Positions 26,741 to 36,819 of a DNA stretch of 64,000 nucleotides are shown here, piece after piece. The translations under genes were made by a program, and so were the position numbers. Under the pieces are notes generated by a model. The model was given only the letters and a program-made list of their open reading frames with translations, was not told the DNA's origin and did not search any database. Each line of letters begins with the position of its first letter. Position 1 is the stretch's first letter. The stretch is taken from the IMG/VR virus record IMGVR_UViG_3300032213_000542, positions 1,966 through 65,965 of that record; one strand, written 5' to 3'. Source of the stretch: a virus. Taxonomy: Duplodnaviria; Caudoviricetes.

Positions 26741-27151
26741 TTACTTAGCTGAAGGTTTGCGTACCGAAATGTCATACTCCGCATTGGAGTTGAGGCCGGG
26801 CGGTACGACCCCGGGGTTTTCTTCAAGGAACTGCTTCATGTTGGTCTGCGCGATGCGCTTCTCAAACAAGTCCAGCGCGTCATGTTCCATGACGAAAGAC
26901 TTGAAGCTGTCCCAATCGGATGTGGAGTAGCGCGTCTTGACAGACAGCACCACGGTGCCTTGGTCAGTGCGAACAGATGTCACGCCAAGCGCCTGCATCT
27001 GTTCCTTCATCGCGGCTGCGATCTCTGCTTGCTGAGCCTTGATAGTCTCGACTTCGGTGTCGTACTCACGGGTCAGTTCAGATACGCGGTCACGCATCTT
27101 ACGGTAGATTTTGGCCAGCTTATCCAGCGGCACTACGTCTTCTTTTTCCAT
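26741..27151 (-). CDS. Hypothetical phage protein
   Basis: 136 aa, AGGAG RBS; coiled coil plus 'SDWDSFKSFV...LFEKRI'. Confidence 0.7.
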   Translation of the reverse strand: MEKEDVVPLDKLAKIYRKMRDRVSELTREYDTEVETIKAQQAEIAAAMKEQMQALGVTSVRTDQGTVVLSVKTRYSTSDWDSFKSFVMEHDALDLFEKRIAQTNMKQFLEENPGVVPPGLNSNAEYDISVRKPSAK

Positions 27152-27180
27152 TTGCTTCTCCTATGAAGTGGTTTATTGTT

Positions 27181-27200
27181 TGTCTAAGGTTGGACAGTGT
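27181..27200 (-). promoter_or_regulatory. Palindromic operator-like site (family B) abutting a TACACT -10-like box
   Basis: TGTCTAAGGTTGGACA at 27181-27196; related sites at 37816 and 44641. Confidence 0.55.
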
Positions 27201-27230
27201 ACACACATTTTTAAATTTGTTTTGCTCCTT

Positions 27231-28793
27231 TCAAGATTTAATTTCTGTATCAAACATTTGGGTTAACAGTGAGTGGTCACTAACTTTCATTTCTAATGCT
27301 TTAAACATCTTCTTCTCAATTGGCGACCCCTGAATGTGGATGACGGTCACCTTGTCTGAGGTCTGCCCCTTGCGGTCAGCACGCGCACAACACTGCACAT
27401 ACTGCTCAACAGACATCAACGGGCCATAGAACACCACGGTGTCAGCGGCTGTCAGGGTAATACCGTGAGCAGATGCTTGGGGCTGCATCACCAGCACGCG
27501 AGGGTCAGGCTCGTTCTGGAACCTGCGGATGATGTCCCCACGCTTGGATGCAGGCACGTCACCACGGATCATCTCGGCGCTGATACCTTTCTTCAACAGG
27601 TAGTTGTGGATGTTGTCGATGCTGCTGGTGAACAACGCGAAGATGATGACCTTGCGTGAGGTCTCGTCCAAGATTTCCTCCAGTACCGACAAGCGAGGCG
27701 CGGCATCAAACTCAACCACCTCACCGCTCTCGGTGTAGGCAGCGCCGCAACTGATCTGCAACAACTTGGATACACCAGCGGCAGCGTTGACTGCGGTGAT
27801 CGTCTCGCCTGCGGCTTGGATGAGCATACGTTCTTTGAGCAAGTCGTAGTACTTCTTTTGCTGCGGGGTCATCGGCACTTCGCGTGTCATCGTAATCACT
27901 GGTGGCAAGTCCAAGCACTCGGCCTTGGTGAAACGAATCGCTGGTTGCAACGCTTCATGTACGAGATCAGGTGCGTTGGACTTCGGTGCCCACTTGAACA
28001 TCGTGATCTTGTTCATCACCTTGTCGCGCCATGCTGTGAAAAACTTGGGCACGTTGTTGGGGTTGACGAGCTTGGCCAGACCAAACGCATCAGCAGGTGA
28101 CTGCGATGCAGGCGTACCAGTCATCATCCACAACAAGGTCTCAGGTTTGATGATGGAGTTCAACGACTTCCAGCGGCGTGTGGTGATGGTCTTGTATGCG
28201 TTCGCTTCGTCAACGATGATCAGATCGAACTTGCCGTTGGCCTTCACCTCGTCGGCTATCAGGTTCAAGCCTTCGTAGTTGGTGATGACAAACTCATAGT
28301 TCTTTTGAACCATCTCAATGCGACGCGATGCTTGTGGGTGGTGGGCGATGACCGCGCTGCGATGGATGATGGATGCGTTCAAGTCCTGCATCCACGCCGA
28401 CTGCATGATCGACAAGGGGCACAGGATGAGAACACGTCGCACCTCACCACGCGTCATCAGATAGTCAGCCGCCCACAGTGCAGAGAGTGTCTTACCAGTG
28501 CCGGGCTCGCTGAACACGAATGCTTTGCGATTGAGCGTTAGGAAAGATGCTGTCTGAACTTGGTGTGCCATTGGCTTGTGACGGCCCGGCCAGTTGTAGC
28601 GTCGTGTGATTGGTGAAGGGACATCCTTCACGCCTAAGTTTTTGAGTACACGGGCTTCGTCAAGTCCCCAGAAGACAGCAACTTCCGCAGAACCATCGGC
28701 GTATTGCTCGACGACTTTGCTGCGGGGGATGACGCTGTATTTTTCTGGGTTTCTTGTGCGAAGTAGTAGTGCCTTATCTTCGATTATTTCCAT
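27231..28793 (-). CDS. SNF2-family helicase
   Basis: 'EPGTGKT', 'IIVDEAN', 'MTGTP', 'HGITLTAA', 'ARADRKGQ'. Confidence 0.92.
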   Translation of the reverse strand: MEIIEDKALLLRTRNPEKYSVIPRSKVVEQYADGSAEVAVFWGLDEARVLKNLGVKDVPSPITRRYNWPGRHKPMAHQVQTASFLTLNRKAFVFSEPGTGKTLSALWAADYLMTRGEVRRVLILCPLSIMQSAWMQDLNASIIHRSAVIAHHPQASRRIEMVQKNYEFVITNYEGLNLIADEVKANGKFDLIIVDEANAYKTITTRRWKSLNSIIKPETLLWMMTGTPASQSPADAFGLAKLVNPNNVPKFFTAWRDKVMNKITMFKWAPKSNAPDLVHEALQPAIRFTKAECLDLPPVITMTREVPMTPQQKKYYDLLKERMLIQAAGETITAVNAAAGVSKLLQISCGAAYTESGEVVEFDAAPRLSVLEEILDETSRKVIIFALFTSSIDNIHNYLLKKGISAEMIRGDVPASKRGDIIRRFQNEPDPRVLVMQPQASAHGITLTAADTVVFYGPLMSVEQYVQCCARADRKGQTSDKVTVIHIQGSPIEKKMFKALEMKVSDHSLLTQMFDTEIKS

Positions 28794-28806
28794 TGCTTCT
28801 CACTTG

Positions 28807-29043
28807 TTATTTGTTGTCGCCTTGGTTAGCGCTCTTATCTCTCAATCGCAGGTTGCCCGGTGTAGTCTTGCCGCCTTTACGCAGCGGAACTTTGTGGTCA
28901 ATATCTTTACCTGATCGGTCTATTTTTTTCTTGTCGTACAAGCGTCGTGCTTTCTGGCGCTCGATCTGGTCTTCTGTTTCGCCAGTTTTCTTCTGGAGTT
29001 TGTAGGCGTGTTTGTAGTCACGCTTGCCGTTGGTCTGAGTCAT
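28807..29043 (-). CDS. Small HNH-motif protein
   Basis: 'GKDIDHKVPLRKGG..TPGNLR....SAN'; ATG 29043 preceded by GAGG. Confidence 0.7.
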   Translation of the reverse strand: MTQTNGKRDYKHAYKLQKKTGETEDQIERQKARRLYDKKKIDRSGKDIDHKVPLRKGGKTTPGNLRLRDKSANQGDNK

Positions 29044-29050
29044 AGTTACC

Positions 29051-29716
29051 TCAATGCTTTTTGTGAAACTCACAGCCAGTGCATGGGCACCAGCCGCAGA
29101 GCGGGGTACGGGTTGGGTTCCATACATCGTTGTCGATGCAGGATGCGATACGGCTGACGCGCTCACGATACTTCCACCATTCGGCATCCATTTCGTCAAC
29201 GTTCATGCTGTGCTTAACCATATCATTCTTGACCACAAAGAGCAACGCGGAGTTGACCTTGCGGATGTGCGGGAAGTGTTTGAACACCATGATGGACATG
29301 AGGCGCAACTGATCACGGTCAGGGTACTTGTTGTTGCCCGTCTTGTAGTCCACCACCCATGCTGTCAGGTTGTCGTCATCAATGATGAGCAAGTCGGCAA
29401 CGCCCCTTACCCATGCGTCTTTGGCGAACCATTCAGTAGGCGTGAGGTCTTCACGCAACGTCATCTTGTACTCGGCCAGCTTACGACCGGGCTTCTTGAT
29501 GAGCGCATCAAGCGTCTCTTGGATGTATTCAAATTGCTTGGGCAGGGGTGTGCCGTCAGCTACGTAGAGTTCGGCTGCTTTGTGTAGCTCGTTGCCGTAG
29601 CGCGTAGCCTCGGTCTCCACGAACGGATACATCTTCAGAATCTTTACCTGATGGTAGCGACGAGCGCAACCTTCAAAGTCTTTCAAGGAGCTGTGGCTCC
29701 ACGTTACCTTGGCCAT
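29051..29716 (-). CDS. PD-(D/E)XK (Cas4/RecB-like) exonuclease
   Basis: 'WSHSSLKDFEGC', 'GVADL', 'VVDYKTG', 'QL', C-terminal 'LCGWCPCTGC'. Confidence 0.88.
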   Translation of the reverse strand: MAKVTWSHSSLKDFEGCARRYHQVKILKMYPFVETEATRYGNELHKAAELYVADGTPLPKQFEYIQETLDALIKKPGRKLAEYKMTLREDLTPTEWFAKDAWVRGVADLLIIDDDNLTAWVVDYKTGNNKYPDRDQLRLMSIMVFKHFPHIRKVNSALLFVVKNDMVKHSMNVDEMDAEWWKYRERVSRIASCIDNDVWNPTRTPLCGWCPCTGCEFHKKH

Positions 29717-30018
29717 TAAAACCTCGCAGTCTGGATTGCTTTGGTCAGTCGGTTGGCAAAGCCAGTGACAAACTTCTCGTCGTTGTTCAGGTCGTGCATC
29801 CCCATGTCGGCAAGGATGGCGTGCGTCAGCTCGTGCCAGAACGTATCTTCTACGTCCGTGATCTTGAACTTGCGACCTGTGACGTTGCTGCGCTGGCCGA
29901 TGGTGATGCGCTTGCGGTCATGGTTCACATCCCCCATGCGCCCGCGCTGGGCCATAGCCTCAACGATCTCAACCGAGTAGTGCTTGTTGCCCACTCGTAC
30001 TTTACGTGGTAGTTTCAT
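29716..30018 (-). CDS. Small zincin-like metallopeptidase
   Basis: 'TFWHELTHAIL...NDEKFV' HExxH. Confidence 0.65.
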   Translation of the reverse strand: MKLPRKVRVGNKHYSVEIVEAMAQRGRMGDVNHDRKRITIGQRSNVTGRKFKITDVEDTFWHELTHAILADMGMHDLNNDEKFVTGFANRLTKAIQTARF

Positions 30019-30178
30019 TTGCTTTCTCCTTTGGTCCGTTAAATAGCGCCATGCCCAGTTGACCTAGCATCACTGCTTTCAACTCCTCACGTTCTTCTTC
30101 TGGGTATTCGGCAGCAACCTCGTCCATGATTTTCATGATGCTTGCCGCTACGTCTTTGGCTGGAATTATTTTGCTCAT
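30002..30178 (-). CDS. Hypothetical protein
   Basis: MSKIIPAKDV..., AAGGAG RBS, ATGA overlap. Confidence 0.55.
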   Translation of the reverse strand: MSKIIPAKDVAASIMKIMDEVAAEYPEEEREELKAVMLGQLGMALFNGPKEKANETTT

Positions 30179-30405
30179 CGCTTCTCCTTCTGCTGTGTGC
30201 ACATTGCTCTCAACACATCTTCTACCGGAATACCGGCCCCGCTCCCCGTCCACGAATCCCACATGGCCAGTCGTTTCTGGTTAATGGTCAGGTCACCATC
30301 AGGGCTGTCCCGCAACAACTCCCCCATCTCACGGCAACTTGCTGTGAAAGTTTTTGGGGCCTCTTGGTCGGGGCATATCGTGTATGTGTAAGGTAATTTA
30401 GCCAT
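30175..30405 (-). CDS. Hypothetical protein
   Basis: 76 aa, AAGGAG RBS. Confidence 0.6.
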   Translation of the reverse strand: MAKLPYTYTICPDQEAPKTFTASCREMGELLRDSPDGDLTINQKRLAMWDSWTGSGAGIPVEDVLRAMCTQQKEKR

Positions 30406-30415
30406 CGTCTTCTCC

Positions 30416-32404
30416 TTAGTTCTTTGCTAACCCGTATCGTCTATGTGCGCCACCGTCAGCGTCGAGCGGTATGCCCGGCAAATACTTTGGCTCCATAGTC
30501 ATCTGCGCCAAGACCCAAGTCTTAGCGTCATCCACCTCTGCATCGGGCACAACCACGATCTGTTCATCATGCACTGTTCCCGCCACGAAGTACTTCTTCG
30601 CGGTTCTCAACATACCATCTGTCATCACGCATCTCGCTACGCCCTGCGTGACGTTGTTGGTAATTTTTCCTGCGTACAGTTTAGTCGAATCCGCACCGTA
30701 TGTCCACTGCACCCTACCTTTTTCATCCTTATCCCGCTTCAAGTCAGGATACAGCAGGCTCATGCCAGAGGGCAGCACGATCTCACCCTTCTTAAATGTC
30801 AGGCACTTGTAGGTGTATTCCTTACCCCCGTACAGGCTGGTCTCGATAAGCTGGCCGCACAGGTTCCAGAAGTCCACCACAGGCTGAGCAGTCTTACGGT
30901 ACTTCTCGATGATGGCCTTGGCCGCGAGGCAGTGGATGAGCAACTCCTGCTTGGTGCAGATGTGCGGTATCTCCATCATCTTCTTAACGTAGTCCTCGTT
31001 GTCCAAGAACTTCTCAACATCTTCCGCAGTGACGCCCAAGGCTTTCGCGAACTTGCGCTCGTACCGTACAGGAGGCGCACCCAAGAAGCCGACCAATAGC
31101 TGGGATGCAAATGATGCCCATCCCAAACCGTAGCCAGCGCCGAGTAGAGCGGACTTAGCCGACTGCCGAAGGTCGGGGTGCGACTCTTTTGTGAGGCCCG
31201 GGATGTTGAACATCTGAGCGCCGAACTGTGCGTAGGGGTCACCACCTGCGACGAAGATGCGTAGGAGTTCGTCATAGTCCGCCAGCCACGCAAGGACGCG
31301 TGGTTCAATCTGAGACAGATCGCCCACGACGAGTTGATAACCCTTTGGAGCCATGATAGCTTTGCGGAGAAACGAACCACGCTTGAGGTTTTGCATGTTG
31401 ATGGCCGAACCTTTCGAGGCTGTCCACCGTCCCGTCGCAGCACCATAGTACGAGAGCGGTACAGGTAGCGTGCCCCGTCCGGCGATGTCAAGGAAACGCT
31501 GTGCGCGAGTCCTCTCCGTGGTCGATTTAACTTTGAGCCGCGCTTCGCATAGTGCTGCAACATCTTCGTTGTCTCCGTTCAACATGGCTTGGAACATAGC
31601 GTCTGTCTTAGCGAACGCAAAGTTCACACCGACAGGGTTCGGTGTCTTTGCTGTGGGTTTCTTCTTCTTGGTAGGCGGCTCAACGCCCACGTTACGCAAG
31701 GCTTCGGCGAAGTGTGCATTGCTGGCCAGCACGCTGTCCGTCAACCCGAGGCGCTCAAGCAGGGCCTCACGCTTTTCCTTCTCGTCATGCAACGCATCGG
31801 TGAGCATGTTGGCATCTAGCTCCAGCACCGGTTGCGTGTACATCTTGAGCGTCATGTCGATCAGCCTAAGCTCTTTAGTCGGGTAGCCAACAGCGAGACG
31901 CTTGAAAATTTCTTCGCAGAGATATACGTCATGCTTGCAGTAATCCGCGAGTTCCTTCTCCATCTCCCACGATAGTTCTTCGACACCATTGGTGTTGTAC
32001 ACCGCGTTCCCCTTATCCGGCAGGCCGAAGGCTTGGGCAAGTCTTGCGAGGGAATTTCCCACTTCGACCCCCCTAAGAGCGCGAGCCATACTAAGACTGT
32101 CAAGAATAAAAGCAGGTCGGACGCCGTAGACCCACGATAGGATGGAGACGTCAAACTGAGCGTTGTGTGCGAGCACAGCAGTAGTAGACCAATCATAAGT
32201 GGCCAGAATCTTGGGTAGTTCCTCGGCCCTGTACCACTGGGTGATCTTGTCTGTGCCGAACTCGTGCAAGCACGCGCCGAAGGCTTTGAATCTTTCATGT
32301 CGGATGTACTCCTCTGTGGTCATTTTTTGTAAAGTATACCCTGTTGCGGCGTCCCAAAAAGTTTCAAAATCTATGCAGATAATCTGTTTGTATGGTGCGC
32401 TCAT
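30416..32404 (-). CDS. polA: DNA polymerase family A with 3'-5' exonuclease
   Basis: ExoI 'IDFET', ExoII 'HNAQFD', ExoIII 'YCKHD', motif A 'DLSQIEPR', motif B 'RQSAKSALLGAGYG', motif C 'VHDE'; ATG 32404 overlaps the upstream TGA. Confidence 0.95.
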   Translation of the reverse strand: MSAPYKQIICIDFETFWDAATGYTLQKMTTEEYIRHERFKAFGACLHEFGTDKITQWYRAEELPKILATYDWSTTAVLAHNAQFDVSILSWVYGVRPAFILDSLSMARALRGVEVGNSLARLAQAFGLPDKGNAVYNTNGVEELSWEMEKELADYCKHDVYLCEEIFKRLAVGYPTKELRLIDMTLKMYTQPVLELDANMLTDALHDEKEKREALLERLGLTDSVLASNAHFAEALRNVGVEPPTKKKKPTAKTPNPVGVNFAFAKTDAMFQAMLNGDNEDVAALCEARLKVKSTTERTRAQRFLDIAGRGTLPVPLSYYGAATGRWTASKGSAINMQNLKRGSFLRKAIMAPKGYQLVVGDLSQIEPRVLAWLADYDELLRIFVAGGDPYAQFGAQMFNIPGLTKESHPDLRQSAKSALLGAGYGLGWASFASQLLVGFLGAPPVRYERKFAKALGVTAEDVEKFLDNEDYVKKMMEIPHICTKQELLIHCLAAKAIIEKYRKTAQPVVDFWNLCGQLIETSLYGGKEYTYKCLTFKKGEIVLPSGMSLLYPDLKRDKDEKGRVQWTYGADSTKLYAGKITNNVTQGVARCVMTDGMLRTAKKYFVAGTVHDEQIVVVPDAEVDDAKTWVLAQMTMEPKYLPGIPLDADGGAHRRYGLAKN

Positions 32405-33003
32405 GGTGTTTCCTTTAAAACCCACTCCGCAAAAGTGCGGAGTTGTTTGGGTGTTGCGTTTCTTTTCATGCAGTTAGCCAGCATACTGATAACCTGTATG
32501 TTGCCGGGCACATACCCTTTCTTTGGGTCGATCTTGTCAATACTTGGAGACCAGTTACTAAACCCCGCGCCTCGCTCTACAAACCGCTGCTTGAATACAG
32601 GGCAGTTGTTGGGCTTGATACTTATCACATACGCCGCCAAAGCAGCAACATTTGAAAAGCCTAGCTTCACGCCTTTCTTTTTTGCCGCATAAAACACACC
32701 CGCCGCACGCTTGTACCAAACACTGTCCGAAGAAACATAGTTGTTGCCGCTGAGCGCTATGCTTGCCTTCGCTCTCGGATTATTTTTTCCTGTGAAGTCG
32801 CGCCGTTTAGCGTAGGTCGGACGCAGTTCGTCCCGCAAGCAGCCGCATGAAGATGTGTGCCCAGATCGCAGGTTTGAGCCTGACACTATAAGATACGTTC
32901 CGCAATCACACGCACAGTCCCACATTGTTTGGTATGTTCTATTTGCCTTGCTCAAGACGACTAGCCGTCCAAAACGTTTCCCCATAAGGTTAATCAGTTT
33001 CAT
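32401..33003 (-). CDS. Free-standing HNH-type homing endonuclease
   Basis: 'GKRFGRLVV...WDCACDCG...LRSGHTSSCGC' N-terminus plus 'CP...SIDKIDPKKGYVPGNIQVIS..AN' nuclease core; AT-richer than flanks. Confidence 0.8.
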   Translation of the reverse strand: MKLINLMGKRFGRLVVLSKANRTYQTMWDCACDCGTYLIVSGSNLRSGHTSSCGCLRDELRPTYAKRRDFTGKNNPRAKASIALSGNNYVSSDSVWYKRAAGVFYAAKKKGVKLGFSNVAALAAYVISIKPNNCPVFKQRFVERGAGFSNWSPSIDKIDPKKGYVPGNIQVISMLANCMKRNATPKQLRTFAEWVLKETP

Positions 33004-33079
33004 GTACTCCTCCGTTGTGTATTTTATATTCTACAGCAGTGAAGTCGATGCAGACGATGTGTTTAAATGGTGCGCTCAT
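33001..33079 (-). pseudogene. Degenerate duplicate of the DNA polymerase 5' end
   Basis: Encodes MSAPFKHIVCIDF (pol begins MSAPYKQIICIDF); ends ACAACGGAGGAGTACATG vs pol ACCACAGAGGAGTACATC (TTEEYI). Confidence 0.8.
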
Positions 33080-33282
33080 GCTTCACCTCTTGCTCGGATG
33101 GCTGTTGCAACATCGTCATAGGGCAGTCCCAAGGTATAGGCGGCTTCAACAGCCTTTGCACACGCCTCACGCTCTTTAGCTGCTACCAGTTTGGCAAAGG
33201 CTTCAAAAGCAGCGGTGGAAAGCCAAAGCTTTGGGTCAAGCCCCGCCTGTTCAGCCATCTCAATGATTTCATCTTGTTTCAA
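33076..33282 (-). CDS. Hypothetical phage protein
   Basis: 'FAKLVAAKEREACAK...AIRARG' motif. Confidence 0.7.
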   Translation of the reverse strand: MKQDEIIEMAEQAGLDPKLWLSTAAFEAFAKLVAAKEREACAKAVEAAYTLGLPYDDVATAIRARGEA

Positions 33283-33560
33283 TTCAATAACTCCTTGGGC
33301 GGGGCTTGGTCCGCGTTGATGTCGATGAACATCTCATGCAAGCGGCTGAGTACAACGGCTGCTTCAAGTTCGTCACAGTTGATAGTCAGCAGTGTGGCCA
33401 GCTCGGTCTTGTCGTTGCCGATCACGATCACGCCGTGCTTGTCGTCGCTGAGGTAGCAGTCGATGATCTTCTCAACCACGGTACGCATGTGATCTCGTTG
33501 CTGTGGGTCGAGCAGGGCAATCTTCTCCATGAACTCGATGCTGTCTTTAGTCTGTCTCAC
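33279..33560 (-). CDS. Hypothetical protein
   Basis: Probable GTG start after GGAG; ATGA-coupled downstream. Confidence 0.6.
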   Translation of the reverse strand: MRQTKDSIEFMEKIALLDPQQRDHMRTVVEKIIDCYLSDDKHGVIVIGNDKTELATLLTINCDELEAAVVLSRLHEMFIDINADQAPPKELLN

Positions 33561-33855
33561 GTTGCTTCTCCATTCGTAGTAGTTCTTCAACGTGGTCTAC
33601 GTTGAGTTCGCTGATCACAAACGCCCAGCCTTTGGCCGCTTGGATGTTGTGTATTTCGCGCTCTTGCAATGCCGTAGTCCGTCCGCCGTTTGCTTTGCAC
33701 TCGAACGCAACGAACTGTCCGTTGTAGCAGCCCACGATGTCAGGGATACCCGCACGACCGAAGCCGTTAGCAGGCGGCATGAAGTGGTAGATGCCCAACT
33801 GGTTGAGGTACTTGCGTAGCTTGTCTTTGACTTTCTTCTCGGGCGTATCAGCCAT
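33547..33855 (-). CDS. VRR-NUC domain nuclease
   Basis: 'TPEKKVK', 'GIPDIV', 'FECKA', 'TALQ'. Confidence 0.88.
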   Translation of the reverse strand: MADTPEKKVKDKLRKYLNQLGIYHFMPPANGFGRAGIPDIVGCYNGQFVAFECKANGGRTTALQEREIHNIQAAKGWAFVISELNVDHVEELLRMEKQRETD

Positions 33856-34177
33856 TTGTAATCTCCTCGTATGTCATTTCAAAAATATCTGGCTTGCATG
33901 GGTAGTGCTCGCCCTTCACACCAGTGATGATCCAGTCGCCGGGGCAAACAATATGTCCACCCTCAAGCGTGTCCACCCATCCGTGGTTGTAAAAAACATC
34001 ACGGCAGTGCTCGCAATTTAAGTTTGATTGGTACTTCGGATGCCGGAAGTAGCGCACCACCTGCCCCTCATACCCGATGCGCTGTTCTTCTGCTGTGTTG
34101 TAGTCAAGCGGGTGGTCGCCGTTCTTGAACCACTGCGTAGCCTCGATGACCACGGGCTTCTTGCGGTACTTAGCCAT
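33848..34177 (-). CDS. Conserved phage protein ('KKPVVIEA...TLEG...GDWII...YPCKPDIF' family)
   Basis: Characteristic motif string. Confidence 0.75.
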   Translation of the reverse strand: MAKYRKKPVVIEATQWFKNGDHPLDYNTAEEQRIGYEGQVVRYFRHPKYQSNLNCEHCRDVFYNHGWVDTLEGGHIVCPGDWIITGVKGEHYPCKPDIFEMTYEEITNG

Positions 34178-34442
34178 TGGTCACCTCGCTTAGTTTCTGT
34201 ATGTAGTGCTTGGCCTTGCCTCCATCATCACTGCCGTCCTTGCGCCCAGCCCTCATGCTGTACTTGATGATGTTGCCTTTGAGGAACCCACGGAACTCCT
34301 CTGGTGTGAGCACCGCCTCCATCACAGCCCAAGGCTGCACAGGCATCTCTTTGTAGTGGGTGCCACTGATCTGCAAGTCATCAGCAGTCAGGCCGTTCAA
34401 GCTGCGCTCGAACAGTTCTTTTTGGTTTTTAGTAGGTATCAT
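34170..34442 (-). CDS. DUF3310 (T7 gp1.7/SaV-like) protein
   Basis: 'GTHYK...FLKGNIIKYSMRAGRK...KAKHY'. Confidence 0.8.
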   Translation of the reverse strand: MIPTKNQKELFERSLNGLTADDLQISGTHYKEMPVQPWAVMEAVLTPEEFRGFLKGNIIKYSMRAGRKDGSDDGGKAKHYIQKLSEVTNG

Positions 34443-34920
34443 TTACTTTCTCCTTAGTTACTATAGGTCTCATTAGTTTGTTTTGAAACTCGATGTTGAT
34501 GATGTCCATCGCTTTCTCCATGTCGCGCACAGTCGAGATGTCCAACTGCTGATCGTGCAACTCCATGACGAGGTTGATGGCTTGTAGTTCGCTGGCCTTC
34601 AGGATGAACCGACCTGACTCAACACCCCGCCTAGCCACGGCATAGAGCGCGTCTTGCCCTGCACGAATCTCCTCAGCCCAATCAATACCAAACTCAGGGC
34701 GTAGTCTTGTGTAGGCTTCGGTCATGTTGAACATGCCGATCAGTACGTCGATGTCGTCACGCGTTGCGTCCCCCTTTCGTAGCGTGTCCATCGCTGCGTG
34801 GTTCTTGATACGCAGGTCAGTTGTCAGGGATATGGCGTTCATCGGTTTGAGTCCCGCCAGTACCCAGTTCACCATGTCTAAGCGCACACCTTTTGGCCTG
34901 TACTTGCTTCTCTTTTTCAT
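34429..34920 (-). CDS. Hypothetical phage protein
   Basis: 163 aa, 'MKKRSKYRPK' start, coupled to neighbours. Confidence 0.7.
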   Translation of the reverse strand: MKKRSKYRPKGVRLDMVNWVLAGLKPMNAISLTTDLRIKNHAAMDTLRKGDATRDDIDVLIGMFNMTEAYTRLRPEFGIDWAEEIRAGQDALYAVARRGVESGRFILKASELQAINLVMELHDQQLDISTVRDMEKAMDIINIEFQNKLMRPIVTKEKVNDTY

Positions 34921-36819
34921 TTTCTTACCATTGTTGCGCGGTCTAGTTTACGGATGATGTCCTCAAGCTGGCGCACCCTAGCCTCAAGTTCTTCAATGCG
35001 CCGCTCTAGGTGTGCGCGTATCTGCTCAGGGCTACGATGCGGCACGCTCAGGCCGATGGGTTTTCTTTCTGGCATGGTCGCTCCCGTTGCTCGCGTTCGA
35101 TACGCTCGAACTCATCGTCCTCTGCCTTGGCGTCGTCGCTTCTAAAGATAGCGTCAAAGTTTTCAGCAAAAGATTTGTAGTTTGTTGGGCGTTGCTTGTC
35201 GCCCTTGCCTGCTTCGTGTGTCATGCGTCTTCTCCTTATCGAAATATTGCCCATACCCAAAAGGCAAACATCAGCACTATGAAAGCATCGTTCAAAGCAT
35301 CAATCATTTCTTCATGCTCCTTACAAATGCTGCAAAACTGTCCACTGTGTCCTGACCAAACGCAAACTCAAAGCGCTTCAATTCATCAGCCACCTCAAGC
35401 AAGGTCTCGTTACGCACAGCCTTGGCAAACTCTTTCACGTTGTCGTAGCCAGCGTCAGCCAGCAGTTGGTTGAGTCTCTCGTTCATTTCCATACTCCTGC
35501 TCTGCTATACACATGGAACGTGGTGATCTTGAGCATCTCTGCCTTGACCTCGGCCATCGTCATGCGTTGGTTGGTCTTACTGTTGATGTGCCCCTGCTTG
35601 GGCACCTTGACGGACACCTTGGCACGCTGGACTATCTTGCGTGGCTTTGCAGCATCACGCGCTACTTGGTTGGCCTCGACTGTACGAAAGTCTGTCATGA
35701 AGTCAGGGTGGTACGTCTTCATGTAGTCGGGGTGAAAGGCATTGATGATCATAGTGGGCTCTCCGGTAGTTGTTGTCGTTGTTGCTTCTCGTATTCCCGT
35801 ATCTGCTTGGGCGTCCACGGGATTGGTGGTTGTGTCGGGAAGGGCCATGTCACTGCAACTCCCGCAGTTGGTCAAACAGTTTCCAGAACTTCTGCGTGTG
35901 CTCATCGCTCTCGCCACCGTCAAAATAGTTGACGACGCTTTGTGCTTCGTCTACCACCTTACGCAGTATCTCTGCCGCCGCAGCACCTTGCTCGAAGCCC
36001 AGCTCGTAGGCATTACTCATTGCTGTGACGGTGTTCTCGTCACAGTTCACGCTACGCAGTAGCGTGACCATCTCATGTTTAGTCATCTTGCACCTCGAAA
36101 AAATAAATTAAACCTACCAGCACCGACCACGTTGCGCCTACACCCAGCACCATGAGCGTTACGATAAGCGTGACGTTTTCTATAAAGTCCATGTTGGTTT
36201 CCCCAGTTCTTTCAGTATACGTAGGCGCAGGGCGAAGCCCCACACCAAGCCCCACAGTACCCAAAGGAATCGTATGTCACGCGTCCAGTTGGCAGGGTCT
36301 TTGTCCCACTGCACCAGACCAACCAGCACATACACGGCGGCGATCATGATGGGGTACGCAATCAAGTCAATGTATTTCATGCGTTCTTCTCCTTTTTTAT
36401 TTTCCAAATCCAGCCATCTTGTGGGGGGCTGTAACGCTCGTCATGCGCCAATTCACGGGCTCTCTCCAAGGTAATCTCGGGTAGCAGCCTGCGTGTCCAA
36501 AGAGCGCGAGCGTCAATCGCACCCCGATGCGACTCGGCCAACTTGCCGAACCAGTAAATGTCCATGTCTCTCTTTCGCATACCAGACTTGACATAAAGCC
36601 AGTACAAAAACTTCTGTATGTGTTTCATACCACCCTCCAAAAGTAAACAGCCAACCCCACCCACAAGATCACGCCTGTCCAAAACATCAAGCGGTCTTGC
36701 CATGTTTTCTCAGGTGGGAACCACCACTGTGCGTTGTCCACATCTTCCCTGAACGCCTCGTTGGTTGAACGAGCAAAGCGCCGTGTCGTGGGCCAGTCTT
36801 GGTAATCATTGTTTTGCAT
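34917..36819 (-). other. Run of about 10 short coupled early ORFs (34917-35075, 35048-35224, 35304-35492, 35483-35752, 35850-36086, 36079-36192, 36180-36380, 36377-36628, 36625-36819)
   Basis: Most have AGGAG/GGAG-type RBS and/or overlapping stop/start; several hydrophobic; no function recognised. Confidence 0.6.

Noticed and set aside
32401-33079. Group I intron or intein in DNA polymerase
   Set aside because: The downstream pol ORF is complete with its own start and ExoI motif; there is almost no non-coding space for a ribozyme core and no intein C/HN termini
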